IMG/VR virus record: IMGVR_UViG_3300045988_139374 | Location: 206,994 to 270,993 of that record | Length of the DNA stretch: 64,000 nt | Direction: 5' to 3' (one strand) | Source of the DNA: a virus | Part shown: positions 1 to 9,745 of the stretch, one piece after another | Layout of the letters: every line of letters starts with the position of its first letter | Position numbering within the stretch: the stretch's first letter is position 1 | The notes under the pieces: generated by a model | Told to the model about the DNA's origin: nothing | The model's database searches: none | What the model saw: the letters and a program-made list of their open reading frames with translations, nothing else | Program-made: the position numbers and the translations under genes

Positions 1-126
1 TATAAATTGGAATCCTTCGCTTAAATCATTATTACCAATAATAGTATTAATTAAAATTTTATCTAGTGATATTGTATATCCATTTATAGAACTAATAGCT
101 GTCATCATTTTAATAGAAGCGTCAGA
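1..126 (-). other. start-less DAS cassette X0 (partial, runs off left edge)
   Basis: The minus strand opens at a reverse copy of TGACGCTTCTA (core 114-124). It reads SDASIKMMTAISSINGYTISLDKILINTIIGNNDLSEGFQFI for all 42 codons to the window edge, with no start codon or RBS. Confidence 0.6.
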
Positions 127-153
127 CTTATTTATAAAGGAGGTAAATTTATT

Positions 154-807
154 ATGGGAATTATTATAAATGAAAAGTGTGTTACTTATAATAAAATTTA
201 TGATATTAAGAATACTAAAATAGATAAATATAAATTGGTTATCATTGGTGAAATACATGGATCTTCTATGATTGGGGTTTATGATAAACTTCTTAAATCT
301 TCTCATTATGATTACTTTCTTGCTGAATTTGCTTATGATGATAAAGCTCTTACTAGAGAAGATATTAAATATAAAATGGATCATGCTACTAATGGTGGAA
401 TGGGTCCGTGTGATTATCAATATAATTATTGGCTTTATGAATTAGCATATAAATATAATATTCCTTTGATTGGTATTGATAGAGGAGATACTAATAGTTT
501 TAAATCTAGAGAAGAAGAATTTAAAACTAGAGAATCTATTATGATCAATACTATTCAACAATATTCAGGAAAAGGAAGATGCTTAGTGCAAATAGGAGAT
601 GCTCATGTAAGAAATATTCCTATTAGTAAAGAATATATTAAGCAATATAATTATGATGATGAATTCTACGAAGGAAATATTGATAATCAAACAGTATCTT
701 TTGCAAGTCCAATATATGAAAAATATGTAAATGATCCAAATGCAATTATATTTAGAAATAAAAAAGAATATGAAGATGAACAAAAATTTTTAAAAGAAAA
801 TTCATAA
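154..807 (+). CDS. hypothetical protein
   Basis: 217-codon ORF with AAGGAGGT at 137-144 and a terminator hairpin after the stop. The EIHGS...GDAHV motifs only vaguely recall ChaN/Tiki-type folds, so no function is assigned. Confidence 0.8.
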   Translation: MGIIINEKCVTYNKIYDIKNTKIDKYKLVIIGEIHGSSMIGVYDKLLKSSHYDYFLAEFAYDDKALTREDIKYKMDHATNGGMGPCDYQYNYWLYELAYKYNIPLIGIDRGDTNSFKSREEEFKTRESIMINTIQQYSGKGRCLVQIGDAHVRNIPISKEYIKQYNYDDEFYEGNIDNQTVSFASPIYEKYVNDPNAIIFRNKKEYEDEQKFLKENS

Positions 808-810
808 AGA

Positions 811-848
811 TAGAGGTAGAGTATTTTTACTCTACCTCTATTATATTT
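811..848 (+). terminator. rho-independent terminator
   Basis: TAGAGGTAGAG (811-821) pairs with CTCTACCTCTA (830-840) and is followed by a T-rich run. Confidence 0.75.
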
Positions 849-870
849 TAATTATTGTACTAAATAAATA

Positions 871-913
871 TATAATATAATAATGAGATAGAAGGAAGAA
901 AGAGTACTTCTAT
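871..913 (+). promoter_or_regulatory. promoter-like -10 block plus conserved 5' hairpin (variant copy)
   Basis: TATAATATAATAATGA is followed by the stem ATAGAAG (888-894) / CTTCTAT (907-913). The hairpin sequence is the same as at 35097-35122 and 40176-40199. Confidence 0.55.
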
Positions 914-943
914 TGGCCTGTAAATAAAAGTGGAGGTATTAAA

Positions 944-1756
944 ATGATTGATGGATTAAAGATGCTTACAGAAGACGATGTAAAAATCGAATTCTTAGAA
1001 TCAGCAAACAATGGAATATGCTATATTGCAATGGTTGAGTATTCGATTAGTTATGGCAAAATCGAATATAAGATGTATTCCGTAAGAACTGTTGTAAAAA
1101 TACCAATTTTTAGAACTCGTCGTTGTATTATTGTAGATAATATTCCTGATAATGAATATATCGATGCTAATTACGATAATGTCAAATGCCGTTATGATAA
1201 TATGGCTAAAACATTATTTGAAAATAATAGAATAGTATATGATGGTGTCGAAACCATTGATCAAAATGCGTTTGTATCTAAGATTTGCTTGGATGCATGT
1301 GTAAAAAAGATCAATCGCGCTACAGCAAAATTATATTTCCAAAATATGAACATCAGTTTTTTAAACATTGATGTGAATAAAAAACTTCCGACTCAGTTGG
1401 ATATGACTATATTTATCAATGGTAATCAGGAAACTATTAGCATTATGAATGTGAACAAAATTAAAAAGCATGGCGCTTCTCGTGCAAGGTCTAATAGTTT
1501 TTATATCATTGATAAGAAAGTTCATAAATCTATAATTTATTGCATGCTAGATGCAATAAGAGAGATATATGGATATGGACTATACGAATATGGTCTTGAC
1601 AGATGCGATTTAAAATCTATTAATGATATTCTCAATAAATATAACATTGAATATGGCGATGATATATTTATTGATATTGAATCTAAATACGAATATATCA
1701 TTAATATGATAGATAATCATATTAATGATAATACTGATGAAATGGTATATCAATAA
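944..1756 (+). CDS. hypothetical protein
   Basis: 270-codon ORF with a GGAGG RBS (931-935) and a strong terminator after the stop. Confidence 0.85.
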   Translation: MIDGLKMLTEDDVKIEFLESANNGICYIAMVEYSISYGKIEYKMYSVRTVVKIPIFRTRRCIIVDNIPDNEYIDANYDNVKCRYDNMAKTLFENNRIVYDGVETIDQNAFVSKICLDACVKKINRATAKLYFQNMNISFLNIDVNKKLPTQLDMTIFINGNQETISIMNVNKIKKHGASRARSNSFYIIDKKVHKSIIYCMLDAIREIYGYGLYEYGLDRCDLKSINDILNKYNIEYGDDIFIDIESKYEYIINMIDNHINDNTDEMVYQ

Positions 1757-1763
1757 TATAAAA

Positions 1764-1803
1764 GGAGTGGGTTCCATTCGCCCACTCCTTTTATTTTTTT
1801 TTT
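1764..1803 (+). terminator. rho-independent terminator
   Basis: GGAGTGGG (1764-1771) pairs with CCCACTCC (1781-1788), followed by a long T-run. It is nearly identical to the terminator at 58162-58198. Confidence 0.85.
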
Positions 1804-1828
1804 CAAAAAGTAGATTAAAATACAATAA

Positions 1829-2122
1829 TCTGACGCTTCTATTAAGTACATAGATATTTCATTACATCTAAAGAGTAGTATATCATATGAACATAACATA
1901 TCATCAAATCCTATTATATCTATTATAGGAGTTTTTACAAATATTAGTAATTGTATTCCAATACTTAATAATCTATCTTTTGAAGAAAAAATTGATTCTA
2001 ATGATAACTTAGTCGAATTCCAAGTAATTGACTATAATTTATATACTATAAGTAGTGGAAAATTAATATTAACAAAAGTATCTGGATATGTTACTATATT
2101 TTATATTGAACCTTCCAATTAA
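1829..2122 (+). other. start-less DAS cassette X1 (97 codons)
   Basis: Motif core at 1831-1841, with TAA (1826-1828) in the same frame directly upstream. The ORF runs SDASIKYIDISL...GYVTIFYIEPSN-stop and has no ATG or RBS. Confidence 0.65.
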
Positions 2123-2126
2123 ATAA

Positions 2127-2633
2127 TCTGACGCTTCTAAGAATTTTGGAAATGGAAGTTTTATTAAATCCATTACTTATGAAGGATATTATACAATTAG
2201 TGATAAATATATAAACCATATGAGTTCAGATACTTGTATTAGAACTACTGTATCTAAAATGTATGATGTTGTGTTATTCGCTGAATTAGAAACTACAAAC
2301 AATACTTTATTAGCTGAGCAAAATCCATATGTTAAAGTATTTCAAAATATTATCAAAGGTTCATTTGCTGGATATGTATTTATGAATTTAATGCCTACAT
2401 CTTGGAAGATTTTATATAATAATACTTCTAGCAATGATTTTATTGGGCCATATGTTGAATATGATCATTGTCCTACAAGTGGTGTAGTAGCTAGAAGAAA
2501 TAGATTATCCATAGAAAGATACTGTGCAAAGTATACTAACAATATGGATTATCAATTATTAGCTAGACAAGGCATTAGATATGATGTATATGGTCTAATG
2601 CTTAGAGATGAAATTGCTAATCTATTTAGATAA
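2127..2633 (+). other. start-less DAS cassette X2 (168 codons)
   Basis: Motif core at 2129-2139, with in-frame TAA at 2124-2126. The frame SDASKNFGNGSF... continues into track ORF 2220-2633, which is in frame (93 nt offset). Confidence 0.65.
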
Positions 2634-2634
2634 G

Positions 2635-2820
2635 TATGACGCTTCTATCAAGCGAACTGTTGTTACTCTTAAATATAATAATACCGAAGTAGGATGTAAA
2701 TTTACATTAGGAGCTCCAGTTGGAGGATATATACTTACAGAAATTAATAGCTGGATTGTAATACGTATGGATAAAAATATGAATATTCTATATTTGGAAT
2801 TTATGTTCGTACTTGGTTAG
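2635..2820 (+). other. start-less DAS cassette C4 (61 codons, family C)
   Basis: Motif core at 2637-2647. The ORF reads YDASIKRTVVTLKYNNTEVGCKFTLGAPVGG..., and KFTLGAPV matches QFTLGIPISV of cassettes C1 and C3. Confidence 0.6.
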
Positions 2821-2888
2821 GTGACGGATTAATTGAAAAAATTCAATATATAGATAATTATTATAAAGCTACTATATTTTACATTTAA
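2820..2888 (+). pseudogene. decayed cassette remnant
   Basis: Degenerate motif TGACGgaTTaA (2822-2832, 8 of 11 matches) is followed by 22 codons ending KATIFYI-stop, which is the family 3' tail. Confidence 0.45.
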
Positions 2889-2893
2889 AAGTA

Positions 2894-2929
2894 TCCCTAT
2901 GGATTAAAAGTCCATAGGGACTTTATTTT
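2894..2929 (+). terminator. rho-independent terminator
   Basis: TCCCTATGGA (2894-2903) pairs with TCCATAGGGA (2911-2920), followed by a T-run. Confidence 0.8.
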
Positions 2930-2994
2930 GAAAACTTTATAATAAAATCGTATCGAAATCGATACTCTCACTCTAGAAAGGAGCGTATAATATT

Positions 2995-5451
2995 ATGGGA
3001 CTTAATATGAACTATCATTTTTTCCTTGAAGGATATCAGTCTCATTGCCATATTCCTGATTATATTAGGGCTAATAATTCTCAGATTCCAGTAGATGAAT
3101 CCATTCTGAAGGCTACACTAGAATTTGCTAATACTTGTAGAAATTCTGTTTCCACTATTACTTCTGTTTCTGAAGCAGATGCTGGTACTGTTCAATTTGA
3201 GCAAATTTATTCTTCTCTATCCACTGCTATTAGATCTGTAGATTCTGTAAAAGCTACTATGCTTAAGACAATAGAAGATGCAAGAATGAATGTAGATAGA
3301 TCTAGAGATCATAAAAACGATCAAATTGAATCTCAATATAATATTGCAGAGAGAGTAAAGTATCTAGATAAAGCTATTCATTTTGCTAGCACATCTAATC
3401 CTGATGATCTAATGTATAATTCTACTGCTAAGCTTTCTGCAGATATTACAGTTAAAGATCAATCATTCCCCAATCTGAATGCTATTAAAGATATTCTTCA
3501 TGGAAAGTCGATTGCTATTCCTGATAATATCACTGCTTCTTCTGATTATACTACTGGTATGATCATGGATAAAGATTCTGTTCTTTATACTCTGCTTGGT
3601 AAGTATTATTCTCCTGTAGAATCTGCTAGTATTATGCAATTTGCAGTGAACTTCACTAATGATTTTATGGATAATACTAAAATAGATCATAAGATTGAAG
3701 TACAGGATTATCTAACCGCATTCTCTAATATCAATGCAGTAGATGATATGATCAAGTATCTAGATAATCTTAAAGCAACTACAGAGTCTGCTTTTAATGA
3801 TTGTCTAAAAACTATGTATGATTACTGTGATCATCTTAAGGGAGAAGCTTCTACTAATTATAAAGAAAATTATGGTACTGTAATTAGTGCATTGATTAAC
3901 AATGTACAGAATATTATCTGTGCTGCTAATATTGTCACTACTAGAAAAGTAAATATTATTTCTAATCTATATGGTGCAAATGGAGATAGTTGGAAGACTA
4001 TTGAATTTGCCCATTCTCTGATTGGTAAATACTATGATAAGATCATTACTCCTAATGTAATGGCACAAGATGCTGGAAAAGATATTCCTAATAATGCTAT
4101 TGTATTCAATGGAGCAGATCAAGTTCAAGAATTTTATAATATTCAGAGCCAGTCTAATATTCTAGATATGCTTATTGAGAATGCTTATAATGAATATATG
4201 TATGACGATGCTCTAGAAAAGGTTTTGCAAGAAGCTACTGCTTTGCATGAAAATGATAATAACGGTGGAAATGCTACTCCTGCAAATGGTGGACAATCTG
4301 TAGGCTCTGGTGGTGATCAAGGATCTACTGGACAAGCTGGTCAGCAAGCTGCTCCTGCACAACAGCAAAATGCTAATAATGGCCAGCAACAGCAACAATC
4401 CGGAACTCAGAATTCTGCCAATAATACAAATGATAAGACTAAGAAGAATAAGTTTGGTATTCTTAATTGGCTGAAGCAAATGATGGGCAGACTCGGTGAA
4501 GCTATCAACAAGTTTAAACTTCGTGTTGAGGAAATGATTACTAAAGGCCCTGATAAAAAGTTCTGGGCTGATAATAAAGATAAGATTAGAAATATTGATA
4601 TTTCTGGTACTGAAGTTAATCAGTGGTATCAATATAAGTTTGATATCTTTAAGAATTCTACTTATATCAAATTCAATCCTACTGATAATACTCTTAAGTC
4701 TGATACTGATCTACAAGATGCTATTCTTTCTAAGATTAATGGCGGTACAAAACCCAATATTAATACTGATGAAAAGGATACATTTGCTACCAAGATCAAT
4801 AAAGTATATCAGGGTGAATATATTAATATTGAAAATGGTAATGGCAAGACTCTAGGAGATATTCAATACAATAAGGATGCTGCATTTACCTTTGTTGATC
4901 AATTTATCAATAAAGGATTTAATAGTGAATCTCTAGGCTCTATTACTGAAGATTATCGTAAGATTGATGAAGACTATAAAGATGCTGCTAAGAGATATGA
5001 TGAATATGCTAATCAGTTTAAGCAGACTCAATCTCAGAATCAAGCATCTAATAATTCTGGTGAACCTAAATCTAATGGTAACACTTCTGGAAACTCTGGC
5101 AATCAAAGTGGTAATACACAACAGCAGCAAGCAAATGCTGAATCTGCATTCTCTGATTTTTCCTCTGGATTTAATCTGGCTGAATGCCTTGGATTGATGA
5201 ACTGTGGAAACGCTATTAATGAAGCAGATATTAAGCCTGATCAATCTACTGCACAATCTGCAGATCAAGCTAACGGTACTATTGATAATGCTGAGCTTGA
5301 TAAGATGATTCATCGTTGCTTCTCTATGAATATTTCTGCTATTACTGCTAAACTTACTAATGCTATGGCAGCATATAAACAGAATATGCAACTCTTTAAA
5401 GCAGTTACTAAAGCATCTGCTGTAAAGAATAAGGATAATAATAAAAAGTAA
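2995..5451 (+). CDS. large hypothetical protein with Q/N/G-rich low-complexity linkers (possibly virion-associated)
   Basis: 818-codon ORF with an AAGGAG RBS. Two low-complexity stretches are present (NGGNATPANGGQS...QQQQQSGTQN and SNGNTSGNSGNQSGNTQQQQ). Confidence 0.85.
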   Translation: MGLNMNYHFFLEGYQSHCHIPDYIRANNSQIPVDESILKATLEFANTCRNSVSTITSVSEADAGTVQFEQIYSSLSTAIRSVDSVKATMLKTIEDARMNVDRSRDHKNDQIESQYNIAERVKYLDKAIHFASTSNPDDLMYNSTAKLSADITVKDQSFPNLNAIKDILHGKSIAIPDNITASSDYTTGMIMDKDSVLYTLLGKYYSPVESASIMQFAVNFTNDFMDNTKIDHKIEVQDYLTAFSNINAVDDMIKYLDNLKATTESAFNDCLKTMYDYCDHLKGEASTNYKENYGTVISALINNVQNIICAANIVTTRKVNIISNLYGANGDSWKTIEFAHSLIGKYYDKIITPNVMAQDAGKDIPNNAIVFNGADQVQEFYNIQSQSNILDMLIENAYNEYMYDDALEKVLQEATALHENDNNGGNATPANGGQSVGSGGDQGSTGQAGQQAAPAQQQNANNGQQQQQSGTQNSANNTNDKTKKNKFGILNWLKQMMGRLGEAINKFKLRVEEMITKGPDKKFWADNKDKIRNIDISGTEVNQWYQYKFDIFKNSTYIKFNPTDNTLKSDTDLQDAILSKINGGTKPNINTDEKDTFATKINKVYQGEYINIENGNGKTLGDIQYNKDAAFTFVDQFINKGFNSESLGSITEDYRKIDEDYKDAAKRYDEYANQFKQTQSQNQASNNSGEPKSNGNTSGNSGNQSGNTQQQQANAESAFSDFSSGFNLAECLGLMNCGNAINEADIKPDQSTAQSADQANGTIDNAELDKMIHRCFSMNISAITAKLTNAMAAYKQNMQLFKAVTKASAVKNKDNNKK

Positions 5452-5462
5452 AAAAAAATAAA

Positions 5463-5491
5463 GAGGAGTAGAGAATCAAACTCTACTCCTC
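5463..5491. terminator. bidirectional terminator hairpin
   Basis: GAGGAGTAGAG pairs with CTCTACTCCTC, between convergent genes 2995-5451 (+) and 5520-5795 (-). Confidence 0.75.
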
Positions 5492-5519
5492 TTATTACAT
5501 TATTATAATGCAGATTCAA

Positions 5520-5795
5520 TTAGATTGGAGCAAGTGAATTTTTAGCAATAGCCGCTTTAAGTTTGGTATTGAATTCTTTATCTGCTTTACATAGTCGGTC
5601 AAAGATATTTGGTTTCGATTTCTTCGGAACCTCAATAACTTTCTTATCAAGTGTTGGGAATAGATTTGCTACATTTTCAGGAACTCCAGCAGGGATTGTT
5701 TTCATAGTAACAATGTTTGTAGATCCATCATCATTATGTACAATGAATTCATTTTCCTTGTAAAAATCAAAAGCTTTGTAAGTATTGTTAGACAT
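5520..5795 (-). CDS. hypothetical protein
   Basis: 91-codon ORF with an AAAGGA RBS on the minus strand upstream of the ATG at 5795. Confidence 0.75.
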   Translation of the reverse strand: MSNNTYKAFDFYKENEFIVHNDDGSTNIVTMKTIPAGVPENVANLFPTLDKKVIEVPKKSKPNIFDRLCKADKEFNTKLKAAIAKNSLAPI

Positions 5796-5913
5796 AATGT
5801 CATCCTTTCTTCTATCATACGATAGAGCTAAAATTGTTAATAAATATTGAAACTTTGGTACCTCTAATACTATTATTTCATATTTATAATATCTAATTGA
5901 ATCTGCATTTTAT

Positions 5914-5957
5914 TAAAAATAATCCGGGTAGAGGTTAATCCTCTACCCGGTTTTTAT
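5914..5957. terminator. terminator hairpin
   Basis: CCGGGTAGAGG (5924-5934) pairs with CCTCTACCCGG (5940-5950) and is flanked by A- and T-runs. It lies immediately downstream of the minus-strand gene that ends at 5958. Confidence 0.8.
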
Positions 5958-8900
5958 TTATTGAATATTATACCTATCTAATGGTAATGTAGGAATAATT
6001 TTTCTACACATGTTATCGATCTTCTTAGAACTATAAACTCCAATACCACCGATAAACATACTGAACAATCTATCATCAATGCTTTTATCAAGATCTCCAG
6101 GACTTACTAAACTGGCATCTTTAGTAACTCTAAGTTTCAAATTAGCAATTGCTAGGATAGTATAGACGAATTGGCTACACACCATCTCAGTTTTGTTCTT
6201 AAATTCATTTCCAAAGTCAGAAGCTTTCTTAAAGAAAATATTAATGATAGTCTTCATAGAATATTTGGTATCATCTTGATGCTTAATATACCAATCTACA
6301 GCATCTCTCATCATATCTCTCTGAGCTGCAGTGACAAACAATGCATGAACTTTGAATTTAATACTAGGATCAATTTTCCAATACTTCTCAATGGATTCAA
6401 TAGTGAATCCTGCAGACTTACCATCTGCAAAGACATTATTATTTGCATTGAAAGTATACATTTGTTTCATAGAAGAATCAAAGCTCATTGCTGCATGAGA
6501 CCATTCTGTATGAGTATACCATTCAATTGCTCTACTATGTAATGCTTTACCACTGAATAGGCAAATATACACAGGAACAATTTTATCCTTTAATTCTTCA
6601 TAAGTAGCTTTATTAAAAGAATGGATACTTTTGATATAATCTTCAGCATCAACTTCTCTAAAGATATGCATTGTATGCTTACTATTTCTAACTCTTTCCA
6701 ATGCTTCTTCATTAAATGGTATTTCAGGATTCCAACCAAGTATAGAGATTTCACTCTTGATTGCATTTTTTTGTTCAGAGTCACTAGTATTCTTCATTCT
6801 TACACAAAGTTCACTAATAACTCTTTTCCAAGAAGTTTCATCTACTACTTCTTCATGAGAAACATTTACATCAGAACTAAAATAATCAATTTTATCAGTA
6901 GGAGAATAATATTGATCAATAGGAGCAATAACCATATTAGAATTATCACTAGTATATCCATCTTGATTATTCATATATTTGGATAATAGTCTTGAATACA
7001 TAGTATCATTATCATATCCAAAGATATTATATGCAGTTCTGTTAGATAGAGTTCTCTTATCCTGATTAAGAGCAAGGTATTGATTATACTTTGTTTTCAA
7101 TCTATCAATATCTTCTTTACCTTTATTAGAAACAATATTATCTGGATAGATAAGTACTAGTCCATAATTCTTTTCTGCTTCCTCTGCTTGTTTAATTTTT
7201 GCTACATAAGTTGTAGCATCATCAGAAAAGACAGTATCATGGCTACTAGAAGTAGAAGCTTCATGAAGAGTATTTAGATTTGCTAGATTAGAAACCTGTT
7301 CTTCTAGTCTAGTAATAGGATCACCAAGAATAAAGGATCTTACCCCTTCACAGATATCTTGAATCTGTTCATCAAAACTCTGTACCTGCTCAAACCTAGT
7401 ATCATATTTAATTTGATCATCGGATAGAAGTTTAGAACCTTCTGTAAGCCTTCTATAGATATAGTCTCTAGAAACTTCTCCTGCAAAGAAAATCTTTCCA
7501 TAAGCTTCACACATTGCTAGCTCGTCATATAGCTCTTTTGCTGTTTGCTTATCTTTGATCTTAAACGTGGTATATTTTTTAGAGATTTTAGATTTATCAG
7601 TTTTAAAGACTTTATAGAATCCATGTTCCTCAGGATCTACAGAGTACATTGTATATTGTACAGGATCTTTAGTAATAGAATAATTAAATACATTATTTTG
7701 CATATGCTGGATAATATAATAATTATCTTTATCACATTCATAAGGAATAGGATTCGGAGTTAGAGGAATAGCAGATCCAATAGCACCAGACATAGACTCT
7801 GTAATCTTGCTATTAGTAATAAAAGGCTTAATCATTTTTTCATCTTCAGGAAGGCAAGCATTTACATAATCATTTAGATTCATACCATTCTTAATTTTAG
7901 AGCTATTTACAGAGCCAACATATAGATTTTTATAATTACCCCAAATCCATGCATTTGCAATAGCAATTTTAAGATCGAAAATACTATTATAAGGACCATG
8001 AATTCCAGTTTGTCCATACCAAGCATTTTCAATCCAATAATATTTTCCATTCTGCTTATAATAAGCAGCAGTATGAGTTTTTCCTCCAGGAGAATTTAGA
8101 TTATTATATTCAATTACAAATAATCTTCCATTAGAAATATCTTTAGTAGACAATTTACTATGAATATAATTTGCTTGATCGTGACAATCTCCATATCCAT
8201 ATTCTTCTACCTCTTCAGGAGATAGAAGAATTCCAGTAGATTTATATCTAATATTTGTATTCATCCAACTATAAAGCTCTTTAGGATAATTACTATTAGA
8301 TACAAATTCTAGCAAAGTAGATTCATTTACTTTAACAGGATTTGCTTCTAGGGTCATATAGTACAAATCATCGTCTTCATAATAGACTTTAAATCCATAT
8401 TCATCATAAATCATTTTAGCAAGTTTATTATTCTTATCCACAGAGAGATACTTGCAGTTCATAGTTTTAGTAGCGAAATCAAGAATCTGCTTACTCAAAC
8501 CATGACCCTTATAATCTTTCATAATATCTAAACTTACAATCCATTTAGTACCATCATCTAGATATTCGCAAGATCCTACTTGAGCTACTAGATTCTCTTT
8601 ATCAAACCACATGTAGCCGTCACATTTATAAGTATCAGTATCTTTACATCTAACATGGCGTAGATCAGGATACTGCTTTTTATACTTTTCAATGATAGTT
8701 TCAGTAATATGAACCCTCTTTAGAGAAGATAACTCAATTCTATCCTTAGGTTTAAAATTTCTATCTACGGTACTAGCAGTTTCTAGAAGCATACTTTCAT
8801 TAACTTTAATAACAGGATCCTTATATCTATGAGCCATGTTATACTTTAGTACTGCCATGATGCTCAATACCTGACTAAAGTCATTATTAACTACTCTTAC

Positions 8901-9617
8901 ATAGCTAAATTCATTAAGCTGCCTAATAGCTTCTTCCTTTGCTCTAAGCTTCAGCTCATCTTCTCCAGTACGATGAGGATGATTATTTGGATTACTTCCA
9001 CCATCTTTAATCTCAATAATAAGATTATAAGGAATATAATAGAAATCAGGAATATAAAGATGAGTCTTTCCTTCATATTGATATTTAATACTAGGAGCAG
9101 GAGCTAGAATATCTTCAGATTCACAATGCATTACTTGATCCATAAACTGAAGAAACTTTCTCTCATAGCTGCCAAAATACTCAATTTTTCCACCATCGGC
9201 GAAAGTATATTCTCCATGCATTTTACGTCCAGCTAGTGCTTTTCTCTGGACATATTCTGCATACTCAGGATCAGTCTGAAGACGTTCAGTACCATATTTC
9301 TTTTTTGTTCTTTCTGCAACCATCTTCTTATATGCTTCATGACATTTAGGATCATTACAGAGTCTTTCGTATCTTCCTTTATCTTCATTCCAATCAGTAA
9401 CATTGCCGCACATGATGCAATGTCCTTCAGTTTTATTATTAATAGTATTAAAAGCAACTCTAAGCGCAGTATATCCTTCAGGAATTAAATCTTCATGTTT
9501 TTCTTGAATATGAATATGAAGCTTTGCTCTTGTGAATCGTCCTTCACAATAAGGACACTTATATTTTTTCTGGTAAGTGCTCTTAGTAGCATTGGAAACC
9601 ATAGCTTCTGATTGCAT
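5958..9617 (-). CDS. multi-domain polyvalent protein: Zn-finger plus PD-(D/E)xK-like N-terminus, GNAT acetyltransferase, transglutaminase-like Cys protease, permuted papain-like (YiiX/NlpC-P60-type) C-terminus
   Basis: 1219-codon ORF with an AAGGAGG RBS. Motifs seen: CPYCEGRF...HIHIQEKH; YIPDF...IIEIKDGG; KDYKGHGLSKQILDF (GNAT Q/RxxGxG/A); GYGDCHDQANY...THTAAYY (Cys-His); SRAIEWYTHTEWSHAAMSF...VCSQFVY (permuted papain-like). Confidence 0.6.
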   Translation of the reverse strand: MQSEAMVSNATKSTYQKKYKCPYCEGRFTRAKLHIHIQEKHEDLIPEGYTALRVAFNTINNKTEGHCIMCGNVTDWNEDKGRYERLCNDPKCHEAYKKMVAERTKKKYGTERLQTDPEYAEYVQRKALAGRKMHGEYTFADGGKIEYFGSYERKFLQFMDQVMHCESEDILAPAPSIKYQYEGKTHLYIPDFYYIPYNLIIEIKDGGSNPNNHPHRTGEDELKLRAKEEAIRQLNEFSYVRVVNNDFSQVLSIMAVLKYNMAHRYKDPVIKVNESMLLETASTVDRNFKPKDRIELSSLKRVHITETIIEKYKKQYPDLRHVRCKDTDTYKCDGYMWFDKENLVAQVGSCEYLDDGTKWIVSLDIMKDYKGHGLSKQILDFATKTMNCKYLSVDKNNKLAKMIYDEYGFKVYYEDDDLYYMTLEANPVKVNESTLLEFVSNSNYPKELYSWMNTNIRYKSTGILLSPEEVEEYGYGDCHDQANYIHSKLSTKDISNGRLFVIEYNNLNSPGGKTHTAAYYKQNGKYYWIENAWYGQTGIHGPYNSIFDLKIAIANAWIWGNYKNLYVGSVNSSKIKNGMNLNDYVNACLPEDEKMIKPFITNSKITESMSGAIGSAIPLTPNPIPYECDKDNYYIIQHMQNNVFNYSITKDPVQYTMYSVDPEEHGFYKVFKTDKSKISKKYTTFKIKDKQTAKELYDELAMCEAYGKIFFAGEVSRDYIYRRLTEGSKLLSDDQIKYDTRFEQVQSFDEQIQDICEGVRSFILGDPITRLEEQVSNLANLNTLHEASTSSSHDTVFSDDATTYVAKIKQAEEAEKNYGLVLIYPDNIVSNKGKEDIDRLKTKYNQYLALNQDKRTLSNRTAYNIFGYDNDTMYSRLLSKYMNNQDGYTSDNSNMVIAPIDQYYSPTDKIDYFSSDVNVSHEEVVDETSWKRVISELCVRMKNTSDSEQKNAIKSEISILGWNPEIPFNEEALERVRNSKHTMHIFREVDAEDYIKSIHSFNKATYEELKDKIVPVYICLFSGKALHSRAIEWYTHTEWSHAAMSFDSSMKQMYTFNANNNVFADGKSAGFTIESIEKYWKIDPSIKFKVHALFVTAAQRDMMRDAVDWYIKHQDDTKYSMKTIINIFFKKASDFGNEFKNKTEMVCSQFVYTILAIANLKLRVTKDASLVSPGDLDKSIDDRLFSMFIGGIGVYSSKKIDNMCRKIIPTLPLDRYNIQ

Positions 9618-9745
9618 ATTTATTCCTCCTTAAATGATATAATCAGTGAATTATTGTGATGTTTTAGAGGTCCTATTTTCACTGACTTACTATTAATATT
9701 TGATATTTAATACAATTATATAATTAGGTAAAGGTGGTAATTCAT

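Noticed and set aside
114-124. Reverse motif TAGAAGCGTCA as a Chi-like site (it contains GAAGCG, which resembles reported Firmicute Chi words such as GAAGCGG)
   Set aside because: It is not an exact match to any Chi sequence I can recall. Chi sites would not need to be in a fixed reading frame at the head of ORFs, and they are orientation-biased with replication rather than clustered in seams.
2635-2650. ATG overlapping the motif (A-TGACG in 6 copies) or CTG (aatCTGacg) as the cassette start codon
   Set aside because: That frame (M/L-T-L-L...) closes after a few codons (for example stops after 7 and 18 codons at copies 1831 and 2637). It is not the long open frame, and no SD precedes it.
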